A stretch of DNA of 64,000 nucleotides, taken from contig CAXGWI010000001.1 in the NCBI GenBank assembly GCA_964013405.1, positions 56,230-120,229 on the forward strand. The letters are read 5' to 3'. A program made the position numbers and the translations under genes. This stretch comes from an uncultured Myxococcales bacterium. Its GTDB lineage: Bacteria > Myxococcota > UBA4151. Each line of letters starts with the position of its first letter. Position 1 is the stretch's first letter. Positions 39,219 through 49,080 of the stretch are shown here, piece after piece. Below the pieces are notes generated by a model. The model saw nothing but the letters and a program-made list of their open reading frames with translations. It did not search any database and had not been told where the DNA came from.

Positions 39219-40748
39219 ATGAAGGGCACATTTTTGCAGCGCGCTGGCCCAGCCTTTTGGATCCTCTGGGCCACCATCGGTCTCGCACTGGGAGCCGCCT
39301 TCTTTCAAGGCCCCCTGCTGCCGCTGCGCGATCTGCCCGACCACCTGGCCCTCATCAGCCTTCTCGACCACAGCCGAGTGGCTGACTCGCTCGCTAGCGA
39401 ACACTATCTGATCCAGTGGACACCAGTTCCCTATTGGGTCTTCTACGGTAGCGTCTGGCTCGTCGCTCGATTCGTCGATTACCTGACCGCCGTCCAGTGG
39501 GTGCTCTTTGCCACCATGCTGCTGACGCCCCTCGCCTTGGCCCACCTGTTTCGAACCTGTGGTCGAGATGGGCGCTGGGCGCTCCTCAGCATGCCCCTAT
39601 TTTTCAACCACAACCTGATGTGGGGGTGGGTCAGCTACTGCATGGCCATCCCCATCCTCGCCATGGCCTTGGCCGCCTGGATTGCTTACCGGCGCCGACA
39701 AGGCTCGGCCCGCGCCCTCGCTCTTTGGTCCTGTTGTCTCTTTCTCGCCCACGCCCAGGCGGCCGCCTTTTTCGCCTGCATCATCCTCTTGCGGATCGCC
39801 GCTGAACGCAGTCGAGATGCGGTACGAACCCTCCTCCCGCTGATGGCCCCCGTTGTTCTGGGCCTACCGTGGCTGATTTCCCGACTCGTGGGTGTCCACG
39901 GACGAGGCGAGCCCGTGTCCGGCGATGCCATCGTCTTCCATGACCCTGTGACACGTCTCAAGCGACTCGCTGATCATATGACCAACTGCTACCGAGGCAG
40001 TCTCGATGACTGGCTCTGGCTCGGCACCTTGTGTGTGATCGTCGGACTCATCTTGCTGTACCGGAGGGGCGATGACGAGCCGGACAACGACGAAGGCCAC
40101 GACCCGATGGTCGTCACCGTGGTCGCCCTTTCGGTCCTTGCATACTTCCTCGCCCCTTGGGAGTTGCGATGGCCCGTCTCCCAGTGGTCGATCTACAGCC
40201 GCTTCGCCATTCTCGCCTTGCTGTTCGCACCGGGTCTCATCCGGGGCCCCTTCCCGGGTACCGTCCTCCAACGGCTGTCCCTTACGGCTTGGGTCGTCTT
40301 GGTTTTACTGTTCGCTCAACACAACCGAGGCGTTTATCGCGACTTTAATACCCGCCATAATTGGTTGCTGCCAACGGTCGAAGCGATGCCCGGAGATCAG
40401 TTCATTATGCCTCTGGTCTTTCAAGCGGGCGATCCCGCTTCCCACTTAGGCGCAGCCGACCAGTTCCATGCCTACTATGTGGTGCAACACGGTGGTTATG
40501 ACCCTTACCTTTTCGACAACCCGAGCCATCCTGTCATCCACCGACCAGGGACAAAGCCCGCCCTCCCGCCTTGGAACAAGCCCGGCCATTTCAAGCGCTG
40601 GTCCCAAGGCGCAGATTCTGACAAAGCAGCGGCCGTAGACCTCGTGATCGAACAGTTCGACCACAACCGCATCGGCCCACTACCGGGCTACCACCGACCC
40701 CAAAAGAGAGGGCGTTGGATGGTCCACCAACGGGAACCAGCACGATGA
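39219..40748 (+). CDS. Polytopic membrane protein, probable GT-C glycosyltransferase
   Basis: 'PLRDLPDH' after TM1, 'PYW', 'WGWVSY', 'FLAH' and 'YSRF'; about 11 TMs plus a soluble C-terminal domain. Confidence 0.6.
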   Translation: MKGTFLQRAGPAFWILWATIGLALGAAFFQGPLLPLRDLPDHLALISLLDHSRVADSLASEHYLIQWTPVPYWVFYGSVWLVARFVDYLTAVQWVLFATMLLTPLALAHLFRTCGRDGRWALLSMPLFFNHNLMWGWVSYCMAIPILAMALAAWIAYRRRQGSARALALWSCCLFLAHAQAAAFFACIILLRIAAERSRDAVRTLLPLMAPVVLGLPWLISRLVGVHGRGEPVSGDAIVFHDPVTRLKRLADHMTNCYRGSLDDWLWLGTLCVIVGLILLYRRGDDEPDNDEGHDPMVVTVVALSVLAYFLAPWELRWPVSQWSIYSRFAILALLFAPGLIRGPFPGTVLQRLSLTAWVVLVLLFAQHNRGVYRDFNTRHNWLLPTVEAMPGDQFIMPLVFQAGDPASHLGAADQFHAYYVVQHGGYDPYLFDNPSHPVIHRPGTKPALPPWNKPGHFKRWSQGADSDKAAAVDLVIEQFDHNRIGPLPGYHRPQKRGRWMVHQREPAR

Positions 40749-43246
40749 AACGTCAGCTGCTTGCTGCCCAGTTGATCATCATCCCCCTGGCGATCATCGA
40801 CTGGTCCCTTGGTGCGCCAACACTGCGCAGCCTACCCGCAGCCATCGGCATCGGAGCCCTAGTCGCTATTTGGGTCGCTATCTTCGCTTACCTGCTCAAT
40901 CTTTTGGCGGGCAGCGCCTTTCTAGGCGTCGAAAAACTCCTGAGTAGCAATCGACATCGGCTAGCGGCCCTCATCGGATTGCTGGCCTGCATCGTCTTGC
41001 AGTCTCAGATCAACCTATGGGCGGAGCGATTTAACGCCCGCGACCTTGCCGCATGGCTAGCAGCCCTCGGGCTGATCCCAGCCATCCTTGGCGGACTTGC
41101 GATCGGCGGGCTGTTTTTCTGGATACTCAGCCCACTCAGGGATTGGCGCAGTGGCAGCACGTTGGGTTGGCTGACGGTGATGGGAGCCCTCGCCGCTCTT
41201 GGGCTCGCCATCTACCGAGCATGGAGGCCCGAGCACTGGGTAACGGTCCACATCGACCTGCTACCTCTGGTACCGCTTCTTCCCGGTGCCTGGCTCTCAG
41301 CCATCCGGGCCTTACCCCGCTTCCCCCAGGTCTCTTGGCTCCGACTCGCGATCGCTCCCTTACTGGTCTTTGGCTTGCTGCCCAATGCCGTCGCCAGTGA
41401 CTTGAGCAATGGCGATGGTCTCCTCGGTCGGTCCATCCTCGTCCTCCGAACCCTCACCGATCGGGATGGCGATGGCTTTTCTCCGGTCCTCTCCGGCGGC
41501 GACTGCAACGACGGGGACCCCTCTATCCATCCTGGCGCTTTCGATGGCCCGCGGGATGGTATCGACCAGGACTGCGACGGGGAGGATTTCCTCCCCAAAC
41601 AGCCGGACCCGAAAGACTGGTACGCCCAACTCGGGCCCGAACGAAAGCGGGCCGAAAACCTGCTCTTTGTCACTGTCGACACCCTCCGGGCCGATCGAAT
41701 CAACTGGATGGGGAGTTCAGTTCCAACCATGCCAGGGACGGGAAAGAGCCTTATCGAGAAGGGCTCACTCTTTCGCCAGGCCTACAGTAACGGTGTGCGA
41801 AGTCAGCGCTCCATTCCCTCCATGGTCATGGGTCGCTACCCGAGTCATCTCCATTGGGGACCCGATGGGCGTGATGCCGTCACCGTTGCGGCGAAAAACA
41901 TCAGCATGGGTGAGATCCTGCGCAAGGGCGAGTTCAAGACCCATGCGATCATCATGGAGCGGTATTTCCGTAAGCAACGGGGGCTTGTTCAAGGCTGGGA
42001 GTTCCACGACGTGCGGCGGATTCGCCCCGGCTTCAAACGTTGGGACCAACCCACTTCTGAGATCATCACCTCCTACACGCTCAAACAACTCAAGGCTCTT
42101 GAGCAGGGTCCGAGTCGGTGGGCCATTTGGGTTCACTATTACGACCCCCATATTCGGTTTCGCTCCTCCCGCTTCGGTAAAGGGGCCCTTGCCCGCTACG
42201 ATGAGAGTTTAGCGGTCACAGACAAGGCCTTGGCTCGACTCCTGGCGGCGGTGAACTTTAAGGACACTCTTGTGGTGCTGGCCAGCGACCATGGGCAGGG
42301 CTTGGGGACCCATGGGCATCATGGCCATGGCTCCCAACTCTATGAAGAGGCTATTCACGTCCCTCTTGCCTTCGCGGGTGGGCCCATCCTCAAGGGACAG
42401 ACCCGTCCAGAGGTCGTCCAAAATGTGGACATCGTTCCCACTATTTTGAATCTACTAGAGCTCAAAGATCCCAAAGCCGTCTTCGATGGACGCACCCTCG
42501 TTCCAGCCCTCTTGGGTTTCGAGTTGGAGCATCGTCCTGCCTTCATCGAAGCCCTCCCCGATCCCCATACGACCGATCACGTCTGGGCGGTGATCGATCG
42601 CAGACAGAAGTTGATCTACGATATTCGCAAGCAAACCATGCAACGATTTGACCTCATCGACGATCCCGGTGAGTTGCAGCCCCTCGACCCCTTCGGTGGT
42701 TCCGGCCCCCGACTCCAACGTTTGCTCAACACCCACCGGGGCCAGGCGACGTGGATGAACAAGGGCTACTACGGTGGCAAGCAGAAGGGCTGGAAACAGC
42801 CTAAGAATTCCGGAAGGCCTCAGCCGAAAAAGATCGACCGGATTGCGGGGGCTCTCGACGTGCAACTCGGCGATCTCGTGAAACTGAAATCCTTTCGGCT
42901 ACTGGACCCCCCACGGGCTGGAGACCGCTTGAGAATGCGAGTGAACCTCGAGGTCCTCAAGGACTTTAGCGGCGCCCTGAGTGCCATGGTTCACGTGGAG
43001 GGAATGGGCCCAAATGATAAAAAGATCTTTCTCAATCGGGACCAACGCTTACGACCTCAGCCCCGATGGGTCGCTGGGGAGAAAACCGAAATCCTACTGT
43101 CTTTCCTCGTCCCTCGTGCGGCAAAAGACGGGCATGTCACCATCCGCGTCGGGCTCTTCAAGCCGGGGCATCGCAAACTCAAAGCGACCGGGGACGGCGT
43201 CGACCCAAGGGGTCGGGTCTCGATGGCGAGTGTCCGCCTGCGCTAA
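40745..43246 (+). CDS. Membrane-anchored sulfatase-like/alkaline-phosphatase superfamily enzyme with a MopE-like metal-binding motif
   Basis: N-terminal TMs; 'DRDGDGF...DCNDGDPSIHPGA...DGIDQDCDG'; VTVDTLRAD, HYYDPH, SDHG and LYEEAIHVPL. Confidence 0.82.
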   Translation: MKRQLLAAQLIIIPLAIIDWSLGAPTLRSLPAAIGIGALVAIWVAIFAYLLNLLAGSAFLGVEKLLSSNRHRLAALIGLLACIVLQSQINLWAERFNARDLAAWLAALGLIPAILGGLAIGGLFFWILSPLRDWRSGSTLGWLTVMGALAALGLAIYRAWRPEHWVTVHIDLLPLVPLLPGAWLSAIRALPRFPQVSWLRLAIAPLLVFGLLPNAVASDLSNGDGLLGRSILVLRTLTDRDGDGFSPVLSGGDCNDGDPSIHPGAFDGPRDGIDQDCDGEDFLPKQPDPKDWYAQLGPERKRAENLLFVTVDTLRADRINWMGSSVPTMPGTGKSLIEKGSLFRQAYSNGVRSQRSIPSMVMGRYPSHLHWGPDGRDAVTVAAKNISMGEILRKGEFKTHAIIMERYFRKQRGLVQGWEFHDVRRIRPGFKRWDQPTSEIITSYTLKQLKALEQGPSRWAIWVHYYDPHIRFRSSRFGKGALARYDESLAVTDKALARLLAAVNFKDTLVVLASDHGQGLGTHGHHGHGSQLYEEAIHVPLAFAGGPILKGQTRPEVVQNVDIVPTILNLLELKDPKAVFDGRTLVPALLGFELEHRPAFIEALPDPHTTDHVWAVIDRRQKLIYDIRKQTMQRFDLIDDPGELQPLDPFGGSGPRLQRLLNTHRGQATWMNKGYYGGKQKGWKQPKNSGRPQPKKIDRIAGALDVQLGDLVKLKSFRLLDPPRAGDRLRMRVNLEVLKDFSGALSAMVHVEGMGPNDKKIFLNRDQRLRPQPRWVAGEKTEILLSFLVPRAAKDGHVTIRVGLFKPGHRKLKATGDGVDPRGRVSMASVRLR

Positions 43247-43274
43247 GCCAAGCGACCCACGACCACAAAGGCGT

Positions 43275-44597
43275 TCACGGCCCTCCCGAGGCCCCCTCGC
43301 CCCGTGGCGGACTCGATCGGGCCAAAACCTGGGCGAGCAAAGCCTCCCGCCCCAGACCGGCAAGCCCTTCTGCCTTTAAGCGTCGATACAGGGTCGACCG
43401 GCTAACACCGAGGCTCTTCGCCGCCTGCGTTAGATTCCCATCGTGGGCCAGGATCGAGGGCAGCAATCCCTCCTGGTCCATGGTTTGGGTCAAACCGGAG
43501 CCAAAGCGCTCGACCAGACTGAGATGGCCTGGCGAAATCTCCTGACCTTCACACAGGATGGTTGCCCGTTGGAGACAGTTCTTCAGTTCCCGAACATTAC
43601 CTGGCCAGGGGTACCGTTCGAGCATCTGACGGGCGGAACCATTCAGGAAATACCCCCCACCATCCCGGTTCAAAAAAGCCGCCACCAGGCCGGGGATATC
43701 CGAGCGGCGCTGTCGCAAGGGCGGAACCTCAAGGGGAAAGACCATCAAGCGATGATAAAGATCGAGGCGGAAGCGTCCCTCTTTCACCGCCCGCTCCAAA
43801 TCACGGTGCGTTGCACACACCACCCGGGCAGAAACCGTTCGCTCCCGCACTTCGCCAAGGCGCGTGACCGTCCCGCACTCGAGGACGCGTAACAACTGGG
43901 CTTGAACTTCCAGGGGCATCTCCCCGACCTCATCGAGGAACAGCGTTCCATCACGGGCCGTCTCAAACGCACCTGCTCGGTCCCGATCAGCACCGGTAAA
44001 AGCGCCCCGCACATGACCGAAGAGTTGGCTTCCCACCAACTGGGTATTCAACGCACCACAGTTCACATTCACGAGTTGGCCAGCCCTTCCCGAAAACTCA
44101 TGGATGGCCCGGGCAACCAGTTCCTTGCCTACCCCCGATTCGCCGCGAATCACCACCGGAACCTCGGTAGGTGCCACCCGGCGCACCAAGTCGGCGAGTT
44201 GTTCCATCACCGGGTGGCTGCCAACGACACCGGGCAAAGAAGAGGAAGAGGACATCCCCTCCGGCGGAAAGGCCTCAAACAACATCACCACACCGCCGAA
44301 ACGCAATTCAGCCCGGGCCGGCAGTTGCGCTCGGTCGACCCGGGCACCAGCGACGAAGGTGCCGTTCTTCGAGCCCAGGTCAACCACCTCCCAGCCCTGG
44401 GCGACTTGGCGTAGCTCGGCATGCTTTCGCGACAACCCAACCCCTTGGGGACTGATATCGTTACTCCGATCCCGGCCGATGCGGAGACATCGGACGGAAA
44501 GTGGGCGTCGCAAGACACCTGCGCCACTCAAAAATACCCGCCCTCGAGCCAGGCACTCCCGGGCCATTGAATCCGTTTGCCGTGTCGCCATGTTCAC
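43275..44597 (-). CDS. FHA-domain sigma-54-dependent enhancer-binding protein with Fis HTH
   Basis: FHA 'IGRD...LSRKHA...DLGSKNGTFV'; GESGVGKE, GAFTGA, FLDEVGE, WPGNVREL; HTH 'AAKSLGVSRSTLYRRL'. Confidence 0.93.
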   Translation of the reverse strand: MNMATRQTDSMARECLARGRVFLSGAGVLRRPLSVRCLRIGRDRSNDISPQGVGLSRKHAELRQVAQGWEVVDLGSKNGTFVAGARVDRAQLPARAELRFGGVVMLFEAFPPEGMSSSSSLPGVVGSHPVMEQLADLVRRVAPTEVPVVIRGESGVGKELVARAIHEFSGRAGQLVNVNCGALNTQLVGSQLFGHVRGAFTGADRDRAGAFETARDGTLFLDEVGEMPLEVQAQLLRVLECGTVTRLGEVRERTVSARVVCATHRDLERAVKEGRFRLDLYHRLMVFPLEVPPLRQRRSDIPGLVAAFLNRDGGGYFLNGSARQMLERYPWPGNVRELKNCLQRATILCEGQEISPGHLSLVERFGSGLTQTMDQEGLLPSILAHDGNLTQAAKSLGVSRSTLYRRLKAEGLAGLGREALLAQVLARSSPPRGEGASGGP

Positions 44598-44710
44598 CTC
44601 CCAGGTCCGAACACGGTAACGCGACTCGCTGCCAATGTCAGCCCTTGGTGACGAGACTCTGGACCTTGGGACCCGAGGTTGCTAGCGGAGCCTCGTTGCG
44701 AGGAGGACCG

Positions 44711-44965
44711 ATGGACGAAGCGATGATCAGAGACCGTCTTCTCCAGGCCTTTCCAGGGGCCCATATCGAGTTGCGTGACCTGACAGGAACCCGGGACCAT
44801 TGGGGCTGTACCGTCATCACAGAAGCCTTCGAAGGCTTGGGTCTAGTGGGTCGACATCAAGCGGTCTACGCGTGTTTGAACGACCTGATGGCCGGTGATA
44901 GCGCCCCCATCCACGCACTCCAACTCAATACGCTGACGCCCGATGAAATGAAGAGGGGAACATGA
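44711..44965 (+). CDS. bolA: BolA/IbaG family protein
   Basis: 'DLTGTRDHW...AFEGLGLVGRHQAVY...IHALQL'; AGGAGG upstream; directly before grxD. Confidence 0.9.
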   Translation: MDEAMIRDRLLQAFPGAHIELRDLTGTRDHWGCTVITEAFEGLGLVGRHQAVYACLNDLMAGDSAPIHALQLNTLTPDEMKRGT

Positions 44966-45288
44966 TGAGCCGAGATGTTCTGGCCGAGATCGATGAAACC
45001 GTAAAATCCAATGAGGTCGTCCTGTACATGAAGGGCACCAAAGAGTGGCCACAATGCGGCTTCTCTGATCGCGTTGTACGCATCCTCCAAGAGCAAGAGG
45101 TGGACTTCACGGACGTCAATGTCCTGGCCGACCCAGCCGTCCGCCAAGGGATCAAAGATTATACGAATTGGCCCACGATCCCCCAACTCTACATTCGTGG
45201 TGAGTTCGTTGGCGGTTGTGACATCGTCACGAACCTCCATCTAGGTGGTCAGCTCTCGAGCCTGCTGAACTCAGGGTCTGAAGGCTAG
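44962..45288 (+). CDS. grxD: Monothiol glutaredoxin (Grx4)
   Basis: MKGT, PQCGFS, WPTIPQLY and GGCD. Confidence 0.95.
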   Translation: MMSRDVLAEIDETVKSNEVVLYMKGTKEWPQCGFSDRVVRILQEQEVDFTDVNVLADPAVRQGIKDYTNWPTIPQLYIRGEFVGGCDIVTNLHLGGQLSSLLNSGSEG

Positions 45289-46877
45289 CCTTCCGGACTC
45301 CAGCCCAAGCGTCCAACGATGGCCTGGGCCACCCGCTGACCGTCCAGTGCAGCGCTCATGATCCCCCCTGCGAAACCGGCGCCCTCCCCACAAGGGTATA
45401 GGCCTGGGTGACTGGGGCTCTCCAGACTCCTTTGATCCCGCTCGATGCGGACCGGAGCAGAGCTTCTGCTTTCGGTCGCCACCAGAATCCCCTCGTCGCT
45501 CACATAGCCTTTGAGGCGTTCGTCAAAATGCTTCAGTCCCTGCCGGAGACTGTGAAGAAACGACGCTGGAAAGATGGCTTCGAAACCGTGGGGAACAAGC
45601 CCCCTCTGGTAACTGGTCGAGGGTAGGTCCTGACTGAAGCGCCCCGCAACGAAGTCGCCGACTCTCTGTGCTGGCGCCACGAATTCCCCGCCACCAGCCC
45701 GATAGGCCGCCCGTTCCACCCGCTCCTGAAGGGCCATCCCCACCAGGGGGTCTCGGTCCGGCCCGGGGCGTCCTTCCCGCTGGGCCCAAGCTGCCAGGTC
45801 GTCCGGTCGGACGGTCATCACGAGACCGGAATTAGCGTAAGGGGAGTCCCGACGAGAAAGGCTCATGCCATTGACGACCAGAGCTCCAGGTTCCGTGGCG
45901 GCCGGAACGATGTAGCCCCCGGGACACATGCAAAAACTGTAGACCCCGTGGGCCGACGTTTGGGCCGTCAATTGGTAGAATGCCGGCGGCAAGTCGAGGG
46001 TGACGCAGCGAGCCCCGTACTGGGCTTGATCAACCATGGTCTGGGGGTGCTCGGCTCGCACACCAAGGGCGAAGTCTTTGGCCCCCAACGCGATCCCCTG
46101 CTCCTGACAAAGCCGATAGATATCCCGAGCACTGTGCCCGGTCGCCAGAATCACAGCGGCCGCTTCAACGCCTCGACCGTCAGCCAACTCGACGCCTGTG
46201 ATTTGCTTTCCCGCGTCCTGCAAGAATGCGGTGACTCGAGCGCCCCATTCGTATCGTACCCCGCGGGCCTCAAGATGGGCCCGCAGGGCCATGAGTACTT
46301 TCGGCAATCGGTTGGACCCGATGTGTGGCCGACTCTCGTAAAGAATGCGTGCCGGTGCCCCAAAGGCGACAAGGCTCTCAAGGACACGCTGCACGCCCTG
46401 GCGGTCTTTCGAGCGGGTATAGAGTTTGCCGTCGCTAAACGTTCCCGCACCGCCTTCCCCGAAGCAATAGTTGCTCTCCGGATCCAACTCTCCATCCACA
46501 CTCAACGCTTTCAAACTACGGCGGCGAGGCTGAACCGGTTGGCCCCGGTCGATGAGAATGGGCTGCAGACCCGCCTCAAGAAGGGCGAGGGCAGCAAAAC
46601 TTCCCGCAGGGCCTGCACCGACGACTGCGACGGCGGGGCCCGATGCCTGTCGGTCACTCGGTTGCCAACGGGGCGCCGGTGTTTCGTCCGCGCCAAAGAG
46701 GGCAACCTTCAGGACCCAACTGGGCCGGCGGCGGCGGCGAGTATCTAGACTACGACGAAGCAAGAGAGGGCGACCAGAGCGCCCCAACTCAGCACTGAGC
46801 AGGGAGACGATCTCCTCCCCCTCTGCCCGACCCAGTGGATGGTCGAGGGGTAAGCGAAGTTCGTGTTCCGTGGGCAT
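45285..46877 (-). CDS. Uncharacterised FAD-dependent dehydrogenase (COG2509-like)
   Basis: GAGPAG, FGEGGAGTFSDGKL, PHIGS, FCMCPGG, VNGMS and GEGAGFAGGIMSAA. Confidence 0.88.
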   Translation of the reverse strand: MPTEHELRLPLDHPLGRAEGEEIVSLLSAELGRSGRPLLLRRSLDTRRRRRPSWVLKVALFGADETPAPRWQPSDRQASGPAVAVVGAGPAGSFAALALLEAGLQPILIDRGQPVQPRRRSLKALSVDGELDPESNYCFGEGGAGTFSDGKLYTRSKDRQGVQRVLESLVAFGAPARILYESRPHIGSNRLPKVLMALRAHLEARGVRYEWGARVTAFLQDAGKQITGVELADGRGVEAAAVILATGHSARDIYRLCQEQGIALGAKDFALGVRAEHPQTMVDQAQYGARCVTLDLPPAFYQLTAQTSAHGVYSFCMCPGGYIVPAATEPGALVVNGMSLSRRDSPYANSGLVMTVRPDDLAAWAQREGRPGPDRDPLVGMALQERVERAAYRAGGGEFVAPAQRVGDFVAGRFSQDLPSTSYQRGLVPHGFEAIFPASFLHSLRQGLKHFDERLKGYVSDEGILVATESRSSAPVRIERDQRSLESPSHPGLYPCGEGAGFAGGIMSAALDGQRVAQAIVGRLGWSPEG

Positions 46878-46890
46878 CAGATGGCCCCGA

Positions 46891-49020
46891 CTAGAGGAGC
46901 CCGATACGGCCCAGAGGCTGGACGTTGAGATCGGGACTCAACTCTTGAAAGCTGAGTACGTCCACCTCGGGAAATTCCAACTCCACCAACTTCCGGACGA
47001 AACGTCGAACGTCCTGGGCCGTCAACAGGACGGGCCGCTGGGCCGTCGGGCTGCGGTGGCTTAAGTCCTTGCGCATGGCAGCGAGGATCTCTTGGGTGAT
47101 CTCAGGCTCTAGCGCCAAAAAGGAGCCGGAAGCATTGTGCTGAATACTCGAACGGACAGTTTCCTCGATTTGATTGTCCAGCAGGTAAACCACCAAGGTG
47201 TCCGATCCTCGGGCCGCTTGGTGGCTGATGGCCCGCCTGAGGCTCGAACGGACCTGTTCGGTCAGTTGAACCCCATCGGTTTCCACCGGACCCCACTCGG
47301 CGAGGGTCTGCAGCACGGTGCGCAGATCGCGAACCGAGACGCCTTCCTCAACCAAGCGCCGGAGAATATCGGTCAACTGAAATAGACTGACGGCTTTCGG
47401 GACGGTCTCTTTCACCAATGCCGGATAGAACTTCTCCACCTGGTCCAGCATTTCTTGGACCTCTTGGATGCCAACGAACTCGGGAGCATTGCGACGCAGC
47501 ACCGCGGACACGTGGAGGACCAGATACCCGGGGACGTCCCAACAGGTGACCCCCGCGCTCTCGGCCAACATGCGGTCACTTGCATCGATCCAGGACGCTT
47601 CCGCCGAAGTGGCTGGATTCTCAGCACTGCGGGCCTCGATGCCCAACAAGCGCATCCGCTCAGGCACCTCGTTCGCAAGGACCCGGTCCGGCTCCACCGC
47701 GCCTCGAGCCACAGGGACTTCATTCACCATGATCACGTAGGAAGCAGGCCCCAAGGGTGCCCCACGAACCCGCACGCCAGGGAAACGGACGCCCAACTCG
47801 TAAAAGAGACCATCCCGCATCATGGGGATGTATTCGGCGAGAAAGGCTGCGCCCGTTTCACTGTCGTCGACAAAGGGTACCAAGTCTTCGGAGACCTCGA
47901 GGACGATGGGCGTGACGGCCTGAAGCATTTGGTCGCTCCGGCCCGCCTGGGCTTCCATCTTCCGAGCCTCCTGGACCACTTCGGTCTCCGCGGAAGCCGG
48001 TCTTTCCTCCTCCGCAATGGGATGTTCGGTCCCCCGCTTCAAATTGTAAGCGATCAGGCCCACGACCACGGCTAGGACGAGGAAGGGAAGCACCGGTAGC
48101 CCAGGGACGATCGCAAGCACCAAGAGGAACCCTGCGGCGATCATGAAGGCTTTGTGCTCGCTCAGGATCTGCCCTGCGATGTCCTCACCGAGATTTCGGT
48201 CCTCCTCCTCGCTGGAGACACGGGTCACGACGATGCCGGCGGTCACCGAGATCAGGAGGGCGGGGATCTGGCTCACGAGGCCATCGCCAATGGTCAGCAG
48301 GGAGTAAACCTGGACAGCCTCCTCACCGGTCATTCCTCGCTGCCAAACACCGATGATCATCCCGGCAACAATGTTGATGATCGTGATCACAATCCCAGCG
48401 ATGGCATCGCCTTTGACGAACTTCATGGCGCCGTCCATCGCGCCGAAGAGTTGACTCTCTCGATTCAGTTCGTTGCGCCGCCTGCGGGCTTCATCGATAT
48501 CAAAAGCTCCTGCGCGCAGATCAGCGTCGATGCTCATCTGTTTGCCCGGCATCGCATCCAGGGTGAACCGGGCAGCGACCTCAGCCACCCGCTCCGAGCC
48601 CTTGGCGATCACCAAGAACTGGATCAGGGTGAGCACCAGAAAGATCACGGCACCCACCACAAAGTTCCCCGCAACAACAAAGTCACCGAAGGATTTAATG
48701 ACCTCACCGGCTTGGGCCTTCAGGAGGATGAGGCGGGTTGAACTGACATTCAAAGCCAGCCGAAACAGGGTGGTCACAAGGAGAATGGTTGGGAACGCGG
48801 CCAGGCGCAGTGCGTTGGGCACATAGACGGCAACCAAAAGCAGCGTCAGAGCGATCGAAATATTGAGAACGAGGAGCAGATCGAGAAGGAAGAAGGGTAG
48901 CGGGATGATCATCATCCCGACCACGGAAACGATCAGCCCGGCCAGCAAGACGTCGCTGAAGCGGTTCAGTTGCCGCAGTAAGAGGCCGGAGCGCAGGCTC
49001 AGAAGAACTCGTTTCAGCAA
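46891..49020 (-). CDS. sctV: Type III secretion export gate, SctV/LcrD type (FHIPEP family)
   Basis: KGSERVAEVAARFTLDAMPGKQMSIDADLRAG and GAMDGAMKFVKGDAIAG (SctV-type residues), LTIGDGLVSQIP. Start approximate (TTG 49020 after GGAGG). Confidence 0.88.
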   Translation of the reverse strand: MLKRVLLSLRSGLLLRQLNRFSDVLLAGLIVSVVGMMIIPLPFFLLDLLLVLNISIALTLLLVAVYVPNALRLAAFPTILLVTTLFRLALNVSSTRLILLKAQAGEVIKSFGDFVVAGNFVVGAVIFLVLTLIQFLVIAKGSERVAEVAARFTLDAMPGKQMSIDADLRAGAFDIDEARRRRNELNRESQLFGAMDGAMKFVKGDAIAGIVITIINIVAGMIIGVWQRGMTGEEAVQVYSLLTIGDGLVSQIPALLISVTAGIVVTRVSSEEEDRNLGEDIAGQILSEHKAFMIAAGFLLVLAIVPGLPVLPFLVLAVVVGLIAYNLKRGTEHPIAEEERPASAETEVVQEARKMEAQAGRSDQMLQAVTPIVLEVSEDLVPFVDDSETGAAFLAEYIPMMRDGLFYELGVRFPGVRVRGAPLGPASYVIMVNEVPVARGAVEPDRVLANEVPERMRLLGIEARSAENPATSAEASWIDASDRMLAESAGVTCWDVPGYLVLHVSAVLRRNAPEFVGIQEVQEMLDQVEKFYPALVKETVPKAVSLFQLTDILRRLVEEGVSVRDLRTVLQTLAEWGPVETDGVQLTEQVRSSLRRAISHQAARGSDTLVVYLLDNQIEETVRSSIQHNASGSFLALEPEITQEILAAMRKDLSHRSPTAQRPVLLTAQDVRRFVRKLVELEFPEVDVLSFQELSPDLNVQPLGRIGLL

Positions 49021-49080
49021 TTGCCCTCCACGCCTGAGGGTGGGTAGCAATAAAGCTGGGCCGGGGGGAAGCCTTGGGGC

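Noticed and set aside
45948..46748. 266-aa plus-strand ORF opposite the FAD dehydrogenase
   Set aside because: Antisense shadow with no motifs.
46891..49050. Calling this gene flagellar flhA
   Set aside because: The diagnostic residues look SctV-like and there are no flagellar genes in the window. A phylogeny is still needed.
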